Of a stretch of DNA of 64,000 nt, positions 1 to 13,800 are shown one piece after another (the stretch's first letter is position 1; each line of letters opens with the position of its first letter). The notes below the pieces were generated by a model. It was not told the DNA's origin. It ran no database searches and saw nothing but the letters and a program-made list of their open reading frames with translations. The DNA comes from Squalus acanthias (lineage: Eukaryota), in the NCBI GenBank assembly GCA_030390025.1, contig CM059427.1, positions 188,728,001-188,792,000 on the forward strand, in the 5' to 3' direction. The translations under genes were made by a program, and so were the position numbers.

Positions 1-440
1 TTTGATTTGCCATTCCTTGTATCGATTTAGAAGAGACTGTGGGGGCTGCACTCTGAGCTCTTTCCCTGGTACTCTCCATTGTTCTTTCCAGCAGATTTGA
101 TGTGCAGGTCTCTCCAGGCCGAGATTCAAGGCTGCAATGAGCAGGATGTGGATGGAAAGCAAGATCAACCATCCCCTTTAGGAACTGGCCCTTGCCATTG
201 TGTGTGTGTTCCGTTGCTGACTGACATCACATGAGCTTCGCCAGCGCTCTGAGGTAGCGCCTCGCTCCCAGGCCTTTGCACCTTAAGACAGGTGTGAAGC
301 GCCTGATTTAGCGATCCAATCACCTCCAGGGGCGATAAAAGTCAAGTTTGCAGCCGGTGGCGATAATTAGCGCCAGGCGCTAATCTTTGCGCACGGCCGA
401 TAATTGCGCCCCAAATGGGGCGATACTGAATTTCTCCCCC
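1..440. mobile_element. Right end of a PIF/Harbinger element, same family as 41550-45617; probably an internally deleted copy
   Basis: About 50-440 is highly similar to about 45230-45617 and ends in the TIR ...ACTGAATTTCTCCCCC. The Myb start MESTRERAQ on the minus strand breaks off after a few codons. Confidence 0.85.
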
Positions 441-1863
441 TATGATTCTATAATTCACGCAAAGTACAGGGAGCACAGAGACAGCATATGCTTTTACTAC
501 AGACTCGGACCTTATTTTCTCTTTGAAACATTGGTGTAAATATAACATTGCAATACAGTCGGCAAATATCAACAACAGGTCAAGATGGATCTGACAAAAA
601 ATAGCAAAAGAGTTGAAGGTGGACAACAACATTGTCACACAGCTCATCAGTTACCAAAACACAGAGACAATTCTTTTCTAAATATGGTTCACTTTACTCA
701 CTGCAAAGGCACAGCATTAAAGTCCATCCCTGAATATCTACTCAGTGCTCGTCCAATACACACACTTCGAGTAAAACACTGACTGACTTTGGTTGAACAT
801 CATTGGTAGTACAAGAATTGTACAAGCAGTTATGGTGCTCTGCGATTGTTAGCATCTGAGATCAATAGATTGGGAGTGGAGGGAGGGCGGATGGTTTTAA
901 TGTGGCCTGGGTCTGTACAGGTAACTGAATGGGGAACCACTTCACCAGCTGTCGAAAGGCAAGTGGGGGAGAGGAACAAGGCTGCAGCCAATATTTGTTT
1001 TTCTTGTCTAGAATTGTCAAAGTAAATTAAGCTGTTCAACATCGGATGGTAGAAAATCTGAATTGCTGCATGTTTTTTCATAAGTGGACCCGAAGTATAA
1101 AACAAAAACAGCGAATGTATTCAGTAACATAGTATCTTGAAGAAAGAAAAAAATACGCTTCACTGAGGAAGAATGAAGTGGACATCAATCATCAATGAGA
1201 ACATTAAGAGAGGAGACTGAAAGCTTGGTGAAAGAGATATGTTTACAGTTTGTGTGTTAAGACACAGCAAGAGGTGGAGGGGTATAGGGAGGGAGTTCCA
1301 GAGGTTCGGGCTGAGGGAACAGAAGGTTTTGCCACCAATAGAGGGAGGGGTCAGCGAGAGGACCACAGGGAATGTAAAAGGAGGTAATTCTGCGGGGATG
1401 TTGCAGAGGTAAATTGGGGTGAAGCTGTGGAGTGATTTGTAGATGTTGGCAAGGATTTTATATTCGATGTGTGGAGGGACAGGGAGCTAGTGTATGCCAG
1501 TGAGGATGGGCGAGGAAGTTTTAGCGTGGGAGAGAATGTGGATGGGTAATTTAGACTTTGTGCGATAGTAAGTCATCTTTGTGAGATATAAAACATGCCG
1601 CCAATTCACTGTCACCCGTTTCACACTATCGCACAAAGGCAAATTACCCCCATATTTCTGTAAGAAAACATCAGGATTGCTCCCTGGACAATAAGGAAAG
1701 GAATCCCAACCTTCCAATTGAGTCAGCTGCCAAGTTGTATTGCAACAGCAATTAAAATAACTGTTGGATAGTCTTGCTGAGAACATTTGAAGGCGTTAGT
1801 AGAAATAGAGAAAAAGAAAGTAAGAAAGAAAGTGAGAAAGAAAGAAAGCAAGAAAGAATGTGC

Positions 1864-2764
1864 TGTTGAGATTAGCCTATTTGTTAATATTAACTTATCT
1901 CTAGTCTTTCAAATAATCAGGATCGACTGCAAACCAATATGGCGAGAATATTGTGTTTAATCAGAGTTTAAGATGGAATATAACACACTAGTTATACAGC
2001 AAAAACATACGACCGTAAGAAACAGCTAGTACCGGTCCCGATCGGACGGACGGCTGGCGTGCGCCAACAGTTCTCCGGCTTGCGGCCTTTCTCCCTCTCG
2101 TCTAAAACCTCCAAGAATGGGTTGAGTTCGCTCCCAGAAGAGTGTTAGACCAGTCTCACTCTTGTATAGCTCTCCCCTCCACCGTCTGTGCTAAGAACTT
2201 TTAGGGTCTTGCTTTTATTCCCTTTTTAGGGGTGGGCCAGATGTACAATATGGACAGGTCTATCTGACCTGTAAGGGTTCTTCCTAAACCAAGGTGCCCA
2301 ATGGCACGGCGAGTTCTTTGTCTCAACTCTCAGAGGAAAACCCTCCCCAAGTTTGGAGTCAGACATGCCATTCTTGGCCTTCAGATGTTTTGATGTGTGT
2401 CGCTGATTGTTATCAGTTATTTATGTCAAGCTGTTCATGTAACTTTAGTTGTGCAAAACTAACTATGTCATTCCATTATCAAACTATTGTACCATGGAAT
2501 GAATCATTAAATTCCCAAAGATATCCTCTATTCTGTTCTCACACACTGGTTAACTTACGCATTTTAAAGCAGTTTTGTTCAACCAACTCAAAATCCGAAC
2601 TTACAAACAGCAGATAGCTAGCTTGGAAAGATGATTATATATATCCGTCACAGTGCGGAATGCTATAACATCCGCAGAGAACCAAAACACAAACAGATTC
2701 TAAGCATCTATCTAGTTATTCTAATACTAGTCTGAAGAGACTTTTTGTCTCCAGTTCTAATACA
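1864..2764 (-). mobile_element. Probable solo LTR
   Basis: TGTTGAG...TAATACA termini; minus-strand AATAAAAG (TATA-like) and ATTAAA signals; non-coding. No clean TSD. Confidence 0.45.
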
Positions 2765-3364
2765 GTCATGTAAACAGTCTTATTCGCGTCACAGTTTCAT
2801 TCTCATAACCCCATATATTTTGGATACCCTAATTTTTAACAGTGCAGAAAATGCACAGGTATAAAGCCTGTGCAGAATGTTCAATACAGATGTAGACAGA
2901 TGTTCACTGTGAAAAAACCTACAAGTTGTCACCAACTCAAACAACAGCGACCTTGCTTTAAGGATTATGTTAAAGTGGGCCAGGCCCATGGAACAGACTT
3001 GTGCCCATTTTACATGGGGGAAGGTGAGCTCTGAGGCAGAATTTTGCCAAAACATATTACAGTTCAGCACAGGACCTTCTTTGAATAATTATTCCATGTA
3101 AATGAGGATTGAACTTGTCTGAAGGAACCATATTTGTTCCGTCGCAAAATTCTAAGCAACCTGCAGCCGCCACCAGCAGGACTCCATGTTGCTGGCCCAG
3201 CCTCAGAATATTGGGCCTGTGATGTCATGGTGTCGTCCATTGCACAAAAATCTCATCATATTAAAAATCAAAAAGGTTTCATTTTTATAAATTTCTGTTG
3301 TCTTTTAGGAATTGAATTCACCCAATTTGTACAATTTCTAAACAATTCATGGTTTTGACAAAAC

Positions 3365-4348
3365 CTTTTTTTCATTCATTCCAGGGACGTGGGTGTCTCT
3401 GGCAAGGCCAGCATTTATTGTCCCTCCCTTATTGCCATTGAGAATCTGGTGGTAAGCCGCTTTCTTGAACTGCTGCAGTCCCTGTGGCGAAGGTACTCCC
3501 ACGGTGCTGTTAGGGAGGGAGTTCCAGGGTTTTGATCCACAGATGATCAAGGAACAGCAACATAGATCCAAATCAAGATGATGTCCGATTTGGAGGGGAT
3601 CTTGGAGGTGGTGGTGTTCTCATGTGCCTGCTGCCCTTGTCCTTCTAGGTGGTAGGGGTCACGGGTTTGGGAGGTGCTGTCGAAGAAGCCTTGGCGAGTT
3701 GCTGCAGTGCATCTTGTAGATGGTACACACTAAAGCCATGGTGCGCAGGTGGTGGAGGGAGCGAATGTTTAATGTGGTGGATGGGGTGCCAATCGAGCAG
3801 GCTGCTTTGTCCTGAATTGTGTCACACTTTTTGAGTGTTGTTGGAGCTGCACTCATCCAGGCAAGTGGAGACTATTCCATCACAATCCTGACTTGTGCCT
3901 TGTAGATTATGGAAAGCCTTTGGGGAGCCAGGAGGTGAGTCACTCGCTACAGAATACCCATCTGATCTGCTCTTGTCGCCACAGTATTTATGTGGCTGGT
4001 CTAATTTCTGGTCAATGTTGACCCCTAGGATGTTGATGGTGGGGGATTCGACAATGTTAATTTCATTCAATGTCAAGGGGTGGTGGTTAAACTTTCTCTT
4101 GTTGGAGATAGTCATTGCCTGGCACTTGTGTGGCGCGAATGTTACCTGCCACTTATCAGCCCATGCCTGAATGTGGTCCAGGTCTTGCTGCATGTGGGCA
4201 CAGACTGCTTCATTATCTGAGGAGTTGTGAATGGAACTGAACGATTTGCAATCATCAGTGAAAATTCCTAGTTCTGACCTTATGATGGAGGGAAGGTCAT
4301 TGATGATGCAGCTGAAGATTGTTGGGCCTAGGGCACTGCCCTGAGGCA
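3365..4348 (-). mobile_element. 5'-truncated CR1-group LINE (RT C-terminus and 3' UTR)
   Basis: VPQGSALGPTIFSCIINDLPS..FTDD..WQVTFAPHKC. A related copy lies at about 53365-54195. Confidence 0.85.
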
Positions 4349-4481
4349 CTTGATCAAATGAAGTTATGAAGATCAAAACCAAGTATTTTTATATAATTGT
4401 GGTTGGTAATTAGTCTGGCTTTTCTCTGTACCTCAGCAATCGTAAAATTCTAACACGTTGTTCTCCGTCTCTGTATTGCAG

Positions 4482-4814
4482 ATTTATATCAAGAGAAATA
4501 CACGCTTTATCGGTCAGATCACAGTGAATTCGACCTGATTTGCTATAATGTTTACTCTTACAACATGGCTGCATGGACCTGGAGGTCACGTCATCTTCAA
4601 AATCAGGAGAAAGCAATAGCATCTGCTTCGATATCTCAGCTCATCAATGTAAACAGGACCTACTTTGGGAGTCGACTGGTGCCCACAGAGACAAAGTTTA
4701 ACGGCAAGAACTTCAGTGTGAGGATTGTCCCTGTGCTGTTTGAAGATGCAGGAGATTACACATGTTCTCTGGAATCATATAAAAGGGTGACCATTAAACT
4801 AATCACAGTTAAAG
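4482..4814 (+). CDS. Gene A exon, Ig V-like domain D3
   Basis: ttgcag|ATTTA...AAAG|gtagga. Translation LYQEKYTLYRSDHSEFDLIC..AAWTW..FSVRIVPVLFEDAGDYTCSL..ITVK has the B-strand Cys, C-strand Trp and DxGxYxC motif. Confidence 0.93.
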
Positions 4815-7800
4815 GTAGGAGACAGAATGTTGTCGTTGTTTTCAGTGATCAAGTCATTGTTTAAAATCTAAATGATTTTCTTGTTTACACAGTCACAGCT
4901 GAACCATCTGATGCAGTGACTGAGGGAGACACCGTTACCCTGACCTGCTCTGTCTCTGATGTCACTGAATTAATTAGACTTGTTTGGATCAATAGTGATG
5001 GCAAAACTGTTGGAGAAAAAACATTGAATGGACAGAATGGGGAAGAGAAATCATTGAGACTGATTATTCAGAAAGCTGATAGAGGCAGAGGGAACTGGAT
5101 ATGTGCTTTGTTTTATCAAATCAGGCCCCGGGTTTTAGTCCCGTACTATCTGGAGCCCAGTGGTAAGTGACTCAGGGTTTGCTCTTTATATTTATAATCT
5201 CGTTAGAAAATTCTGGTCACTTATTGTTCTTGTTGCCAGAAGTAGCCCCTCCTTTATATCCTGTGTGTGAGGCTCTACAGTGGGGCAGAGCCTCAGAAAA
5301 TCTACCCTGAGATAACTCAGCACGGCCTGGGATCGAGCTTGGAACTTTCCTGCTCTGTATGTCTCAACAACGCTCTTGGTAAACTCACTGAGGCAGCGCA
5401 AGCATTTTTTTGTGACAATAAAGTGGTACAGAAGCCGATTCTATTGGTTTTCTGATCCAGAATCAATCAGAATGCTGAGGCGGAATGCCCAGAAAATCAC
5501 AGCCAAAAATAATTCCCAGCTGCAAAAATTGCAATTGAAACTCTCCGCTCTTCAGGCTCAGAGAAACTCGGCGGGTCCATGGCGGGCAACATCGGTGACG
5601 GGCCCCAACCCCGCTACTGACTCCATCCTAGCCTCTGAAATGAATTTACCTTGATGGGGCTTATTAAGCCCGCCCAGCGAGTTCCCCGGCCAATTAGAGG
5701 AAGCGGGTCTGCTGACGTCATTTGATGACGCGTCATCAGCCGATTTCCTTAAAGGGACCATGGCCAACTTTCTTTTGACATTTGTGCTGTCAGTGTTCTA
5801 CAGCATTGAGGTGCTGCAAACACTGACAAGCACTGCACAGAGGCACAGGGCTGCACCAAGGCTCTCCCATGACTCCCTCCATGTGCTTATGGAGGGAGTC
5901 ACAGCACACAGGGAGGTCCTCTTCCCTTCCCATGGGCGGAAGAGATCTCCCCAGGAAATCAACACAGCCTGGTTGCACATTGCAGAGGAGGACATGAGCA
6001 AGGATGTGGTCAGGAGGACCTGGGTGCAGTGCCATAAATGTTTCAATAATCTCATTAGATCAGGAAACGTGAGTACAAAGCCACGCTCAACCTCATCCTG
6101 CTGTGCCTCTCATCACATCCCCATCACTCTGCCTTCGCTACCCTACATCTGCACATCCTTTCTCACACCAACTTAACTTGCACCCCCACCCATCCCTCTC
6201 TATCTACAATATCACATCCTCATCTTACTAGCCACTCCTCACACTTAACCTCATCCTAGTGTAATCAGACCAACTAACAACACACAAGGGTATGCACTTG
6301 GGTGTTTTATGCAATGTTCATGTAAAGTTTCTGTGGTGTCAAACATTGAAACCTTTATTTTCAACACGTTGTGTTCTTGGACAGATTTGTGTGCACCTTT
6401 GGAAGTGGCTTAATGAGTTGCAGTGAATGGTGAGACATAACTTCCCACTGCCCCCAGCCCCCCCGACAGGTGACAGTGGATAGAGAGATTACTCCAAACA
6501 CTTCAAAAGTGCATAAAGCTCAAAAGTGGGTTCCAAATCATTAATGCTCCAGCTTCTAAGGTTAGGGAGTGAACAGATGTGAAAGGGTAGGTTTTATGCC
6601 ACTTTTGCAGCTTTCACCTATTCACAGCAATCCACAGTCATTGAGAACCCGACATACTTACCTGACGTGACAGCCACTCTCCAGGAACCCCATTGAAAAC
6701 CTGTTTAAATTGTAAGTACATGGGAAAATGGTTCTTAACTACCTTTTAATAAGCTTTTAACTATCTAAATTGGCTGACCCGCCGCTTGGTGTCGGGTCTG
6801 TTTAGGGATGACAGACCTGACACTTGGGAAACTGACAAGGAGTCGGGTTTACAGCAGGATACTGACCCGCTGTCAATCTTTGTGATTTTCACAGCGGACC
6901 TGCCTCCAAACCTACCCTTTGAGCGCAGACAAAATTCAGCCCTTAGTTGCATGCAATTTATATTGCTCAACTAACTTCAGGACCAACTATCTGAAAATCC
7001 ATACAGGAAATTCAGATGCAGTGCTAATCAGGTGCAAAACAATAGCACAGGATTTGCATCCATTGTTCCTGTGCATGGTGCCCATTCTTCAGGTGGTATT
7101 TTGATGCTAAATCCAGTCGAATAACCACTTAAATGTTTGGGAACATTTTTCTTTTGTTATCCCATCTTTTGCACCATGTCCAACCTGAGACAGTGTGGAC
7201 AGACAGCCTATTTCCAGGTCTCTATCAAAGGTACCCTCCAACCTGCCACAGGGAGCTGCATGAGGTGAGTTGTTGCTGCTGTATCTTTTCACCGTCCATG
7301 CGGAATGCCCATCCACACTTTTCATACCTCCTTCTGAAACCTGGACTGAGATCGTATATTTGATTTGTGGCACATCATGGACACAAACTCATTCCATGGT
7401 AGTGTCTTGCTGCTGTAATATGCATTGTGGTGTCATTCCTGAAGAAGCACTGTCAAGGATTAATTCTTGCTCAATCAAGATCTACCCCGTTGAGTGCAGT
7501 TCTCATTCAAATAGCCATTATTCAAGTACAAGCCGAGACAATGAGGATCATTCGCCTAGTGTACAGCGGGAAGCATCACAGCTGAATTGGATCCTTTACT
7601 TACCAGTCATCTGCACACATCTCCTCTCCAGAAGGAATCACTGGATTGGAACCAGGAAGTAAAACCCTGTGTGATTTTTTTTCCCTGTCCCTAACTGAAG
7701 ACACTGAGGACAGTTGTAGCACTCCAACGTTCCTGAGTGAGGTCAGTGAACTTGGATCAGGAATTAAACCGAGGACCTTCTGGTCTATACGGCTTACTGG

Positions 7801-10800
7801 TAAATCAGGCAGTAGAGTTATCTACTGGGTCATTAGGGGAGCTTAATTTTTTTTAAGAAGTTACTCTATCAACTGAATGTGAAATCTATGTTTTTTTGTC
7901 TGACAGGTGATTACACTTTTAAACATATCATTGTCGTTATTTTCGGGAGTCTGGCTCTTCTCCTCATCATTATCCTGGCAGTGGTGCTGTGTCTAAGAAA
8001 GTGCAAGGTTGCAGGTAAGATATGTAGATTGCTAAAACCAATTTCAGGTTTCATACATGCAAAAAAATGTGAATGTGGCACCTGATTCCAAAAATTAGGA
8101 ATGTCAAAAATATATCCTTGTTTGAAATTAAATAATGTAATCCACTAGGATTAGATAAACAGATGTGTTTGTGTTTCTATGTGTCAAATATTCTCGGAAG
8201 GCAATAGTTCCTGAACTGCTAGAATGATGGGAGTTCTATACTAGGTTAAGCAGCTGGTCACAGATGAATAATAAGAACAACAATGTGCATTAATATAGCG
8301 CCTTTAAGGTATTAAAACCTCCCAAGGCACATCACAGAAGCATTCTAAAATAAAATTTGACTCTGAGCCACCTAAGGAGATATTAGGACTGGTGACCAAA
8401 AGCTTGGTCCAAGAGATCTGTTTTAAAGGGCGTCTTAAAGGAGAGAGAGGTAGCGAGACGGAGAGATTTGGGGAGGGAATTCCAGTGCTTACAGTCTAGG
8501 CAGCTGAAGGCACGGCCACCAATGGTGGAGCGATGAAAATCGAGGATGTGCAAGAGGCCGGAATTGGAGGAACGCAGAGATCTCGGAGCGTTGTAGGGCT
8601 GGAAGAGTTTACAGAGGTAGGGAGGGGCGAGGCCATGGAGGGATTTGAAAACAAGGATGATAATTTTTAATTGAGGCTTTGCCAGACTGGGCACAGTATA
8701 GGTTACAAGGTTAGATGGGTGTTCTGAATATTTTCTCAGTTATCTTTTAAATGAGGGGAAACATAATTTGGGACATTTAATAAGTTGGGTGGATTTCACA
8801 AAAGAATCATCGATACATGGTCTACAGGAGGAATGGGTTTAATGGGCTGAATGATCTTCATATATCAGACATTTTGCACTTATTTTGGTTATATCTGGCA
8901 ATGAAAATATTTGAAGGGCACAGGGATAAGCCAATATATTATAATCTATATAGCTTCATTCATTTTCTGACTGTAAGGAATTTTACCTGTGAAATGTAAC
9001 ACGCTGAGTTGAATAATGTTGATTTATCCTAGAGTTTTTCACCAAATGTGTGGATGGGCACATTTGTTGAAAACAGGATTGGTCTCAACTGTGATGCACC
9101 CTGATAACCTTGACTCTCTAGGTTCATAGAGGAAGGCTGGTTGCTTAGGTAACAGGCACCCTAGAGAAACAGTGAAAACAGATCGTGTTGATTCATTCAG
9201 ATGCAAATTAGATAGATTCCTTTCAGAAAATAACATTTTGGGAAATAGTAGAAGAGTAATTTGACACATAACATATGGTAAGCGTAACATGCTTGGGAGG
9301 AACAGGTGATCTTGAACCTGTGGCTCCCAAAGCTCTCCACCACTGGGGTTTTCCTCGCCTCATGCCTGGGTCTGTTGTAGACTAATTGATAGAGATTGGT
9401 AGAAGTTGATCTAAATGGACCTTGGTCTTTTTTCGACTAGCAGTTCCTATGTTCTTATGTTAGGTATTGAAGGGCTGATTTCATCCATAGAAGCCACAGG
9501 AAGCACTTTTGGGAAAGGGAGAAAAAAAAAATATCGAGGCTGATGCCTATAAAAGACTTTGGGCTGGATTTTCAATGACCCGTGGAGTCGGGTTTGGAGG
9601 CGTGTGGGGGGTTAAAGTTGCAGATTCGGGGGTCCTGACCCCATCCCGACTCCATTCCGCCTCCACGCAATTTTGACAAAATCGGTCGCGGGGTTCCCGA
9701 CTCCGTCCCGCCTCCAAGAGGCGGGAGAGGCCATTAAAGCCCTTAACAAGCCCTAAATTGGCTCTTTAATGCCATTTTGAAACGTTTTAGCAAGTTTAAC
9801 CCTTTTCCGACGTGAAGTACGCCTGATGTGAAACACGCCAGTGAAACCTGGCGGGAGCACAAGTGGATAGCAGACTATCAGGTGCAGGTCCACTATTACA
9901 ACGGAGATGTGATGAAGGTAGTAGTAGAATTAGGTCTGAAAGTCGCCTCTGATGCTGCTGAACTGAATGTCTTCAGAGACTGCCTGGGAGGACTTGGTTG
10001 CAAAAAAAAAATTCTCTCTCTCTCTCTCTCTCTGAGATGCTGCTCATTTTGCATCCAGGTCCTCTCACAGCAAAGGCCAGGCAACCTCTGAGACCAGGCA
10101 GTCTCTGACCTGCAATGATGACATCATCAGAGGTGACTTTCAGATTGAAACCACTAATTGGTTCATGGGTTCCCACATGCTGGAACTCAATTGCCCAATT
10201 AAGTGAAAATTGCATCAATCTCCCACATCCAATTGTAGGCGGGTGGATAACACGAAATGCGGTTGACACGACCCCAACCCACCCCAGTATCAAAATCCAG
10301 CCCTTTTAGTCTGGAACAGTTTTTACTCTACTATTGACAGTTGTCTTTGTAACAAAGTTTTCTGCAATGCCAAGCTGGGGGTATATCACCAGAGTGGTTT
10401 CTCTCATCTCCTGCCCTCCTCAGGAAGAGAAGTGCCTCTGATTGGTGGATATGCGTCTATGATAATATTTGATGAGGACACAATTAGTCTCAGCTGTGCT
10501 GAAGTCCACAGAAGAGTGATCCAACTATGCACATCGTCCATTCCCACAGAGGTAGCAACAGTCTGTTACTGCCCGTGGAACTGTAGTCCTATAATCGGGG
10601 AAAGAAAATAAGACATCTTATCACATAGAAACATAGAAACATAGAAAATAGGTACAGGAGTAGACCATTCGGTCCTTCGAGCCTGCACCGCCATTCAATG
10701 CGTTCATGGCTGAACATGCTACCTCAGTACCCCATTCCTGCTTTCTCGCCATACCCCTTGATCCCCTTAGTTGTGAGTGTTATATCTAACTTCCTTTTGA

Positions 10801-13800
10801 ATATATTTAGCGAACTGGCCTCAACAACCTTCTGTGGAAGAGAATTCCATAGATTCACCACTCTCTGGGTGAAGAAGTTCCTCCTCAGCTCAGTCCTAAA
10901 TGGCTTCCCCTTAATCCTTAGACTGTGACCCCTGGTTCTAGTTTTCCCTACCATTGGGAACATTCTGCCCGCATCTAATTTGTCTAAACCAGTCAGGATT
11001 TTAAATGTCTCTATAAGATCCCCCCTCATTCTTCTGAACTCCAGAGGATACAAGTTCAGTTGACCCAATCTTTCTTGATATGTCAGTCCGGCCATCCCAG
11101 GAATCAATCTAGTGAACCTTCGCTGCACTCCCTCAATAGCAAGAATGTCCTTCCTTAAGTTGGAGACCAAAACTGCGCACAATACTCCAGGTGTGGCCTC
11201 ACCAAGGCCCTGTACAACTGCAGCATCACCTCCCTACTCCTGTACTCAAATGCCCTTACTATGAAGGCCATCATTCCGTTTGCTTTCTTGACTGCCTGCT
11301 GCACTTGCATTCCCACCTTCAGTGACTGATGTACCATGACGCCCAGGTCTCGTTGCACCTCCCCTTTCCCTAATCTGCCACCATTCAGGTAATAGTCCGC
11401 CTCTCTATTTTTACCACCAAAGTGGATAACCTCACATTTATCCACATTGTTCTTCATCTGCCATACATTTGCCCATTCACCCAACCTGTCCAAGTCACTC
11501 TGTAGCCTCCTAGCATCCTCCTCATTGTTCACACTGCCTCCCAATTTAGTGTCATCCGCAAATTTGGAGATATTACATTTAATCCCTTTGTCCAAATCAT
11601 TAATATATAATGTAAACAGCTGGGGTCCCAGCACCGAACCCTGCGGTACCCCGCTGGTCACTGCCTGCCATTCTGAAAAGTACCCATTTACTCCTACTTT
11701 TTGTTTCCTGTGTGCCAACCAGTTCTCAATCCACGTCAACACATTACCCCCAATCCCATGTGCTTTAACTTTGCTCACCAATCTCTTGTGTGGGACCTTG
11801 TCGAAGGCCTTCTGAAAGTCCAAATACACCACATCTACTGGTTCCCCCCTGTCCACCCTATTGGAAACATCCTCAAAAAATTCCAGAAGATTTGTCAAGC
11901 ATGATTTCCCTTTCACAAATCCATGCTGACTTGGACCTATCATGTCGCCACTTTCCAAATGGTCTGTTATGACATCTTTAATAATTGCTTCCATCATTTT
12001 ACCCACGACCGATGTCAGGCTGACTGGTCTATAATTCCCTGCTTTCTCCCTCCCTCCTTTTTTAAAAAGAGCGGTTACATTGGCCACCCTCCACTCCATC
12101 GGAACTGATCCAGAGTCCAAGGAATGTTGGAAAATGATCGTCAATGCATCCACTATTTCCAAGGCCACCTCCTTAAGTACTCTGGGATGCAGACCATCAG
12201 GCCCCGGGGATTTTTCAGCCTTCAGTCCCATCAATTTCCCCAATACCTTTTCCCGACTAATAAGGATTTCCCTCAGCTCCTCCCTCTTACCAGATCCTCT
12301 GACCCCTTTTATTTCCGGCAGGTTGTGTGTGTCCTCCACAGTAAACACCGAACCAAAGTACTTGTTCAATTGATCTGCCATTTCCTTGTTCCCCATTACG
12401 ACTTCCCCTGTTTCCGACTGCAGGGGACCTACGTTTGTTTTTACTAACCTCTTTCTTTTTACATATTTATAGAAGTAAAGGAAAGAGAGAGCCTCCATTT
12501 CTATAGCATCATATTTAAAAATAATAATTCTCAGGATGTGGGGGTTGCTGGCATTTATTGCCCATCCCTAGTTGCCCACAATACAAATGGGTGGCATGCT
12601 AGGCCACCTCAGAGGGCAGTTAAGAGTCAACCAAGTTTGTGGGGGACTGGCATTACATAGGCCAGACTGGGTAAGAGTGGCATGTTTCCCTCCCTGAAGG
12701 ACATTAGTGAATAAGTTGGGTTTTTACAACAATCCAATAGCTTTTTGGTCACTCTCACTGATACATAGAAACATAGAAACATAGAAAATAGGTACAGGAG
12801 TAGACCATTCGGTCCTTCGAGCCTGCACCGCCATTTAATGCGTTCATGGCTGAACATGCTACCTCAGTACACCATTCCTGCTTTCTCGCCATACCCCTTG
12901 ATCCCCCTAGTTGTGAGTGTTATATCTAACTCCCTTTTGAATATATTTAGCGAACTGGCCTCAACAACCTTCTGTGGAAGAGAATTCCATAGATTCACCA
13001 CTCTCTGGGTGAAGAAGTTCCTCCTCAGCTCAGTCTTAAATGGCTTCCCCTTAATCCTTAGACTGTGACCACTGGTTCTAGTTTTCCCTAACATTGGGAA
13101 CATTCTGCCCGCATCTAATTTGTCTAAACCAGTCAGGATTTTAAATGTCTCCATAAGATCCCCCCTCATTCTTCTGAACTCCAGAGGATACAAGTTCAGT
13201 TGACCCAATCTTTCTTGATATGTCAGTCCGGCCATCCCAGGAATCAATCTAGTGAACCTTCGCTGCACTCCCTCAATAGCAAGAATGTCCTTCCTTAAGT
13301 TAGGAGACCAAAACTGCACACAATACTCCAGGTGTGGCCTCACCAAGGCCCTGTACAACTGCAGCATCACCTCCCTACTCCTGTACTCAAATCCCCTTAC
13401 TATGTAGGCCATCATTCCGTTTGCTTTCTTGACTGCCTGCTGCACTTGCATTCCCACCTTCAGTGACTGATGTACCATGACGCCCAGGTCTCGTTGCACC
13501 TCCCCTTTCCCTAATCTGCCACCATTCAGGTAATAGTCCGCCTCTCTATTTTTACCACCAAAGTGGATAACCTCACATTTATCCACATTGTTCTTCATCT
13601 GCCATACATTTGCCCATTCACCCAACCTGTCCAAGTCACTCTGTAGCCTCCTAGCATCCTCCTCATTGTTCACACTGCCTCCCAATTTAGTGTCATCCGC
13701 AAATTTGGAGATATTACATTTAATCCCTTTGTCCAAATCATTAATATATAATGTAAACAGCTGGGGTCCCAGCACCGAACCCTGCGGTACCCCGCTGGTC

